From Flavobacteriales bacterium (GTDB taxonomy: Bacteria > Bacteroidota > Bacteroidia > Flavobacteriales > UBA7312): DNA of 64,000 bases. Positions 60,875 through 64,000 of the stretch are shown in pieces (positions within the stretch are counted from its first letter, which is position 1; each line of letters starts with the position of its first letter). A program made the translations under genes and the position numbers. Under the pieces are notes generated by a model. The model was not told where the DNA came from, made no database searches, and worked only from the letters and a program-made list of their open reading frames with translations. The DNA is taken from contig CBFIDK010000001.1 in the NCBI GenBank assembly GCA_965661345.1, positions 74,543 through 138,542 of the forward strand, given 5' to 3'.

Positions 60875-62122
60875 TTAATCGTATTTTCTTTTTACAAACC
60901 AAACATCGCTAAAAATAAAGCCTATTTTAAAACGGGCGAATGACTCTTGAATTAAATCATTGTCTAACGTACCCATTTGGCCAAATTCAGCAGAAACATT
61001 AAATAAAGTGCCACTTCTTTTGAGTGGTAATCCTAACCCAAAACTAACCGCAATTTCGTTTAGTTGTTGGTTTTTTAAGTTCAAATATGTTTTTGAACTA
61101 TACATTCCTAAACGGTAACGAATCATTTTGTAGTATTTATTGATGGCTTTTTTGTCTGGAACAAATTCACATCCAAAAGACATTCTTGAGCTATTGCTTA
61201 AACTATCAGACTCATTAAACAACTGATAGTCTGCCCAATTCTCATTTTTATAATCGGCTAGTATCTTCCAATTATCGTTGGAAAGTGAAAGCCCCATTCC
61301 AAACGCCGATGGTAAATTAAGTACACCATTATTGAGCGTTAAATTTTCAACTGTATCTTCTACAATTTCGAGCACCCCAGAAAGCCTGTAGGTTTCAGTC
61401 AATGTGGTTCTTTTGGCTGAAATTTCCGCACCATCGTCAAGAGTAATACCAATGACTGAATGCCAATCACCTAATTTTACTTTGTATTGTAATCCAAAGT
61501 CTAGATTAAAACCTTTGATGTTTGTGTCATCGTTATTTCTAGTATTGAAAATATCTGAATCGGTGAATACTACTTTTCTACTGCTATTTAGGTTTCCAAA
61601 GAGATAATTAATATTGAAGCCCAATGATAAATTTTTGACCGGCGTTACAGAATTTCCAAAATAAAACTTTGTAATTCCACCGTTACCTTCAAAAAATAAA
61701 TTTGCTGACGGATAATAATTAACATCAGAAAAGGAATACGACATTTCAGAGTAAGGCAATAAACCTATGCTACTAGCCCAGAACTTGTGCACAGGAAAGG
61801 CTAACATTAGGTAATTAAAATTAGTAGAGTTTACTACCTGATTTTGAGTATTAGTTTTTAGAAGTTTAGAGGTATGAAACCCACCCGTTTGCATAATAAA
61901 ACGCTGTTTAAAAATCGTAGAATAAGAAGCTGGGTTATTAAAGTTGATGGAATAAGGGTCATTATCGGCAATGCTTACGCCACCCATAGCAGACTGTGTG
62001 GCTGTTGAGAAATCATGTAACTCTCCAATTCCAAATCGTGAATACGGTGAATTTGATTCGTTCTGAGCGTGAACGCTTAATGATAGAACTAATAAGCCAA
62101 ATACTCTAAAAAGATGCTTCAT
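60875..62122 (-). CDS. Outer-membrane beta-barrel protein (unassigned family)
   Basis: 415 aa with a signal peptide (cleavage VHA|QN) and N-terminal SPYSRFGIGEL. Alternating amphipathic strands run throughout, and the C-terminus KIGFIFSDVWFVKRKYD is aromatic-rich. Confidence 0.55.
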   Translation of the reverse strand: MKHLFRVFGLLVLSLSVHAQNESNSPYSRFGIGELHDFSTATQSAMGGVSIADNDPYSINFNNPASYSTIFKQRFIMQTGGFHTSKLLKTNTQNQVVNSTNFNYLMLAFPVHKFWASSIGLLPYSEMSYSFSDVNYYPSANLFFEGNGGITKFYFGNSVTPVKNLSLGFNINYLFGNLNSSRKVVFTDSDIFNTRNNDDTNIKGFNLDFGLQYKVKLGDWHSVIGITLDDGAEISAKRTTLTETYRLSGVLEIVEDTVENLTLNNGVLNLPSAFGMGLSLSNDNWKILADYKNENWADYQLFNESDSLSNSSRMSFGCEFVPDKKAINKYYKMIRYRLGMYSSKTYLNLKNQQLNEIAVSFGLGLPLKRSGTLFNVSAEFGQMGTLDNDLIQESFARFKIGFIFSDVWFVKRKYD

Positions 62123-62816
62123 TATAATCCAAAATTTTATTTAGTCCAATCATTAATAAATCTGAGGATGCAAATATGGTGTTTTTTAATCCCTTATCAA
62201 AAAAATTAGCATCGCCGCCCGTAATTATTGTTTTTAGATTGGGGTGTTTGATAGTGTAACGTTGAATTATGCCATCTATTTCAGAAAACATGCCATTTAT
62301 TACGCCAGACAAAATAGAACTTTCGGTTGTATCACCAATTAAAGAAGGAATAGTTGTGGGCTTAACCAATGGAAGTTTATCTGTAAAATCGTGTAAGGCA
62401 TTGCATCGCATACGTAATCCTGGCGAAATACTTCCTCCTAAATAATGACCTTCTGAATTTAAAAAATCATACGTTAAGCAAGTGCCTAAATCAATTACCA
62501 AGACGTTCTGATTTGGAAAGAGATGATTTGCACCAACAACTAAAGCCAATCTATCTTTGCCTAATGTGCGTGGTGTTGTGTATTTATTTACAATAGGGGT
62601 TGGCGTAGTCGTATCAAGATTTAAAAATGAAGAATGAGAAAGGTTTAGATACTTACTGTTAGACTTTACTGTCGACAATATAGCTCGATCTGCTTCTTTA
62701 AGACGGTTTATGACCTCCTCAAAACCTACATTCGAGATTTTTTGAAGCAATTCGTCGTCTTTGAATAAGGCCACCTTAGTTGAGGTGTTCCCTTCGTCTA
62801 TTGTTAATTTAAGCAT
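62106..62816 (-). CDS. coaX: Type III pantothenate kinase
   Basis: The ORF track gives 62106..62846. The start ATG 62816 gives MLKLTIDEGNTSTKVALF (DxGNT phosphate-1 motif), with VIDLGTCLTYD and TGGDA further on. Confidence 0.85.
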   Translation of the reverse strand: MLKLTIDEGNTSTKVALFKDDELLQKISNVGFEEVINRLKEADRAILSTVKSNSKYLNLSHSSFLNLDTTTPTPIVNKYTTPRTLGKDRLALVVGANHLFPNQNVLVIDLGTCLTYDFLNSEGHYLGGSISPGLRMRCNALHDFTDKLPLVKPTTIPSLIGDTTESSILSGVINGMFSEIDGIIQRYTIKHPNLKTIITGGDANFFDKGLKNTIFASSDLLMIGLNKILDYNEASF

Positions 62817-62863
62817 AATTTGAAGGCTCAAATTTAATAAATCCAAAAGCTACCTTAAAATTA

Positions 62864-62893
62864 TTTGACACAATAGATTTTTTTTTACATTTG
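62864..62893 (+). promoter_or_regulatory. Bacteroidota sigma-A promoter for tRNA-Phe (TTTG-N18-TACATTTG)
   Basis: The -33 TTTG is at 62864-67 and the -7 TACATTTG at 62886-93, 13 nt before the mature tRNA 5' end. Confidence 0.55.
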
Positions 62894-62906
62894 CATCCCA
62901 ATAAAG

Positions 62907-62979
62907 GGTGCTATAGCTCAGTTGGTAGAGCAAAGGACTGAAAATCCTTGTGTCCCCGGTTCGAATCCTGGTAGCACCA
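62907..62979 (+). tRNA. tRNA-Phe (anticodon GAA)
   Basis: 73 nt. Hand-folded cloverleaf: acceptor GGTGCTA/TAGCACC, D-arm GCTC-AGTTGGTA-GAGC, anticodon arm AAGGA-CTGAAAA-TCCTT, variable loop GTGTC, T-arm CCCGG-TTCGAAT-CCTGG (one C-U mismatch at 51-63), discriminator A. CCA is not encoded. Confidence 0.9.
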
Positions 62980-62987
62980 CAATAAAT

Positions 62988-63020
62988 AAACCCTCATCCT
63001 CTATTAGAGTGAGGGTTTTT
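62988..63020 (+). terminator. Rho-independent terminator after tRNA-Phe
   Basis: AAACCCTCA...TGAGGGTTT with an inner CTCT/AGAG extension, followed by TTTTT. Confidence 0.65.
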
Positions 63021-63182
63021 GCTTTTAAGCCCCAGCACTTTCCCAATATTTAGAAAGGTAAGAATAGTTCTCTATCAACATTAAAAAATTTAATAAAAGC
63101 GAAAAAAACTTTGAAATTATCCTCAAAGACTTTGATTTTAAGAATTAAAGTGTAGATTTAACACTTATAAAATTTTACAAGA

Positions 63183-64000
63183 ATGTCACACCTTAACTCG
63201 ATTAGTTGCGCCTTTAAATATGCGCTTATCTTAATATTTTGTATGTCTAGTGTTTTTGCTCAAAACGGACCAATTGATTTTGAAACCGAAGGCATCGGAA
63301 CAGACTGGACATGGACAGTATTTGAAAACGGTACAAATCCAGAGGTTGAATTTGTAAGCAACCCAAGTTCTGACGGAGTAAACTCATCAGCCACAGTGGC
63401 AAAAATTACTGCTTTACAAGTAGGGGCTCCATGGGTTGGCTGCGAATCCCAACACGGTTTTGATATTGGCTCTTTCTCTTTTGATGAAACTAATTCTACC
63501 ATAACCATTATGGTTTGGAAGCCAATCATTAGTGATGTTGGTCTTAAATTTGCATCCGCTACAGGAGCAGCTCAACCTGAAATTAAAGTTGCAAATACCT
63601 TAGTTAATCAATGGGAAGAAATAACTTTTGATTTCTCGCAATATATTGGCGTTTATCCTCAAGTAGTTGACCAAATTATCATTTTTCCAGACTTTGACTT
63701 AAATGGTAGAACACAAGATAATGTCATTTATTTTGACAATATATCCTTTTCGGAAGCTGTAATAATAGATGTTTTCGGCTGTACCGACCCTATAGCAACT
63801 AATTATAATGCAAACGCTAATCAAGAAGATGGCTCATGCGTTTATCCTGAAGGAAATGTTGTTACATTATCGGTAAATACTGCAAACATTACTGTAGGTC
63901 CTAATGGCATGTATGCCGGTGGTGGTATTTTAGGAGACGCAATGGCCGTTCCATTATCTGATGAAGATGGAGATGGAACATGGACTGGCAACGTACTTTT
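63183..64000 (+). CDS. Partial CDS (C-terminus beyond window end): secreted protein with a beta-sandwich/carbohydrate-binding-like N-module and a GCTD..NY..DGSC Cys-knot linker
   Basis: Not in the ORF track because there is no stop in the window. ATG 63183 is the first start after the in-frame TAA at 63168. Hand translation: MSHLNSISCAFKYALILIFCMSSVFA|QNGPIDFETEGIGTDWTWTVFENGTNPEVEFVSNPSSDGVNSSATVAKITALQVGAPWVGCES...GCTDPIATNYNANANQEDGSCVY... The frame stays open to 64000. Confidence 0.6.
   Translation, partial: MSHLNSISCAFKYALILIFCMSSVFAQNGPIDFETEGIGTDWTWTVFENGTNPEVEFVSNPSSDGVNSSATVAKITALQVGAPWVGCESQHGFDIGSFSFDETNSTITIMVWKPIISDVGLKFASATGAAQPEIKVANTLVNQWEEITFDFSQYIGVYPQVVDQIIIFPDFDLNGRTQDNVIYFDNISFSEAVIIDVFGCTDPIATNYNANANQEDGSCVYPEGNVVTLSVNTANITVGPNGMYAGGGILGDAMAVPLSDEDGDGTWTGNVL

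Noticed and set aside
62907-63182. tRNA-Phe considered as an integration site of a mobile element
   Set aside because: There is no integrase, and I noticed no repeat of the tRNA 3' end within the remaining ~1 kb. This cannot be judged without sequence beyond the window.
63260-63529. An 89-aa minus-strand ORF
   Set aside because: It is antisense to the longer open plus-strand frame that starts at 63183, which has a signal peptide and stays open to the window end.

Overview
This is a 64-kb chromosomal segment from a low-GC member of the Bacteroidota, probably Flavobacteriia-like. The taxonomic call rests on gldK-L-M-N plus porP/sprF, T9SS C-terminal sorting domains, TAnnTTTG -7 promoter boxes and signal peptides cleaved before Gln. 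I count about 62 intact protein genes (two of them truncated by the window edges) and one tRNA-Phe. I saw no rRNA, CRISPR array, transposase, integrase or recognisable defence or toxin gene. Layout: (i) 1-19253 is entirely minus strand. It carries topA, an arginase-fold protein with degenerate metal ligands, and porP/sprF-gldK-gldL-gldM-gldN. Only 72 nt further on come wbpA/B/D/E-type genes for UDP-2,3-diacetamido-2,3-dideoxy-glucuronate, then a very AT-rich glycan assembly block (two Wzx-like flippases, a GT4, two Wzy/O-antigen-ligase-like proteins and a partial Wzz-like protein). (ii) 19438-25627 is plus strand: miaB, a sensor-less sigma-54 activator, lptE, orf239 and secG chained by overlapping start/stop codons, then an exact TGGCAC-N5-TTGC sigma-54 promoter directly upstream of groES-groEL. 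(iii) 25.7-29.0 kb is the only clearly accessory patch. It holds three tandem paralogues of a secreted protein (conserved N-module, diverged C-module), convergent with an extremely acidic FDW-repeat protein. (iv) 29-64 kb is mostly housekeeping: HMA lipoprotein-ctaA, EamA, rplU (with a Lys/Ala tail)-rpmA, serS, rsmA, mgtE, aspartate kinase plus an SSAT-type GNAT, fbp, mfd, purH, mreBCD-mrdA-rodA, ppiD-like, CNNM/HlyC, lptC, coaX, tRNA-Phe and two more secreted or T9SS cargo proteins. The most interesting candidates are the sigma-54 promoter/EBP pairing around groESL, the T9SS core placed next to a complete Wbp/Wzx/Wzy anchor-glycan type locus, and the triplicated secreted-protein family. All calls come from reading the sequence and ORF translations by eye. 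No database search was possible.
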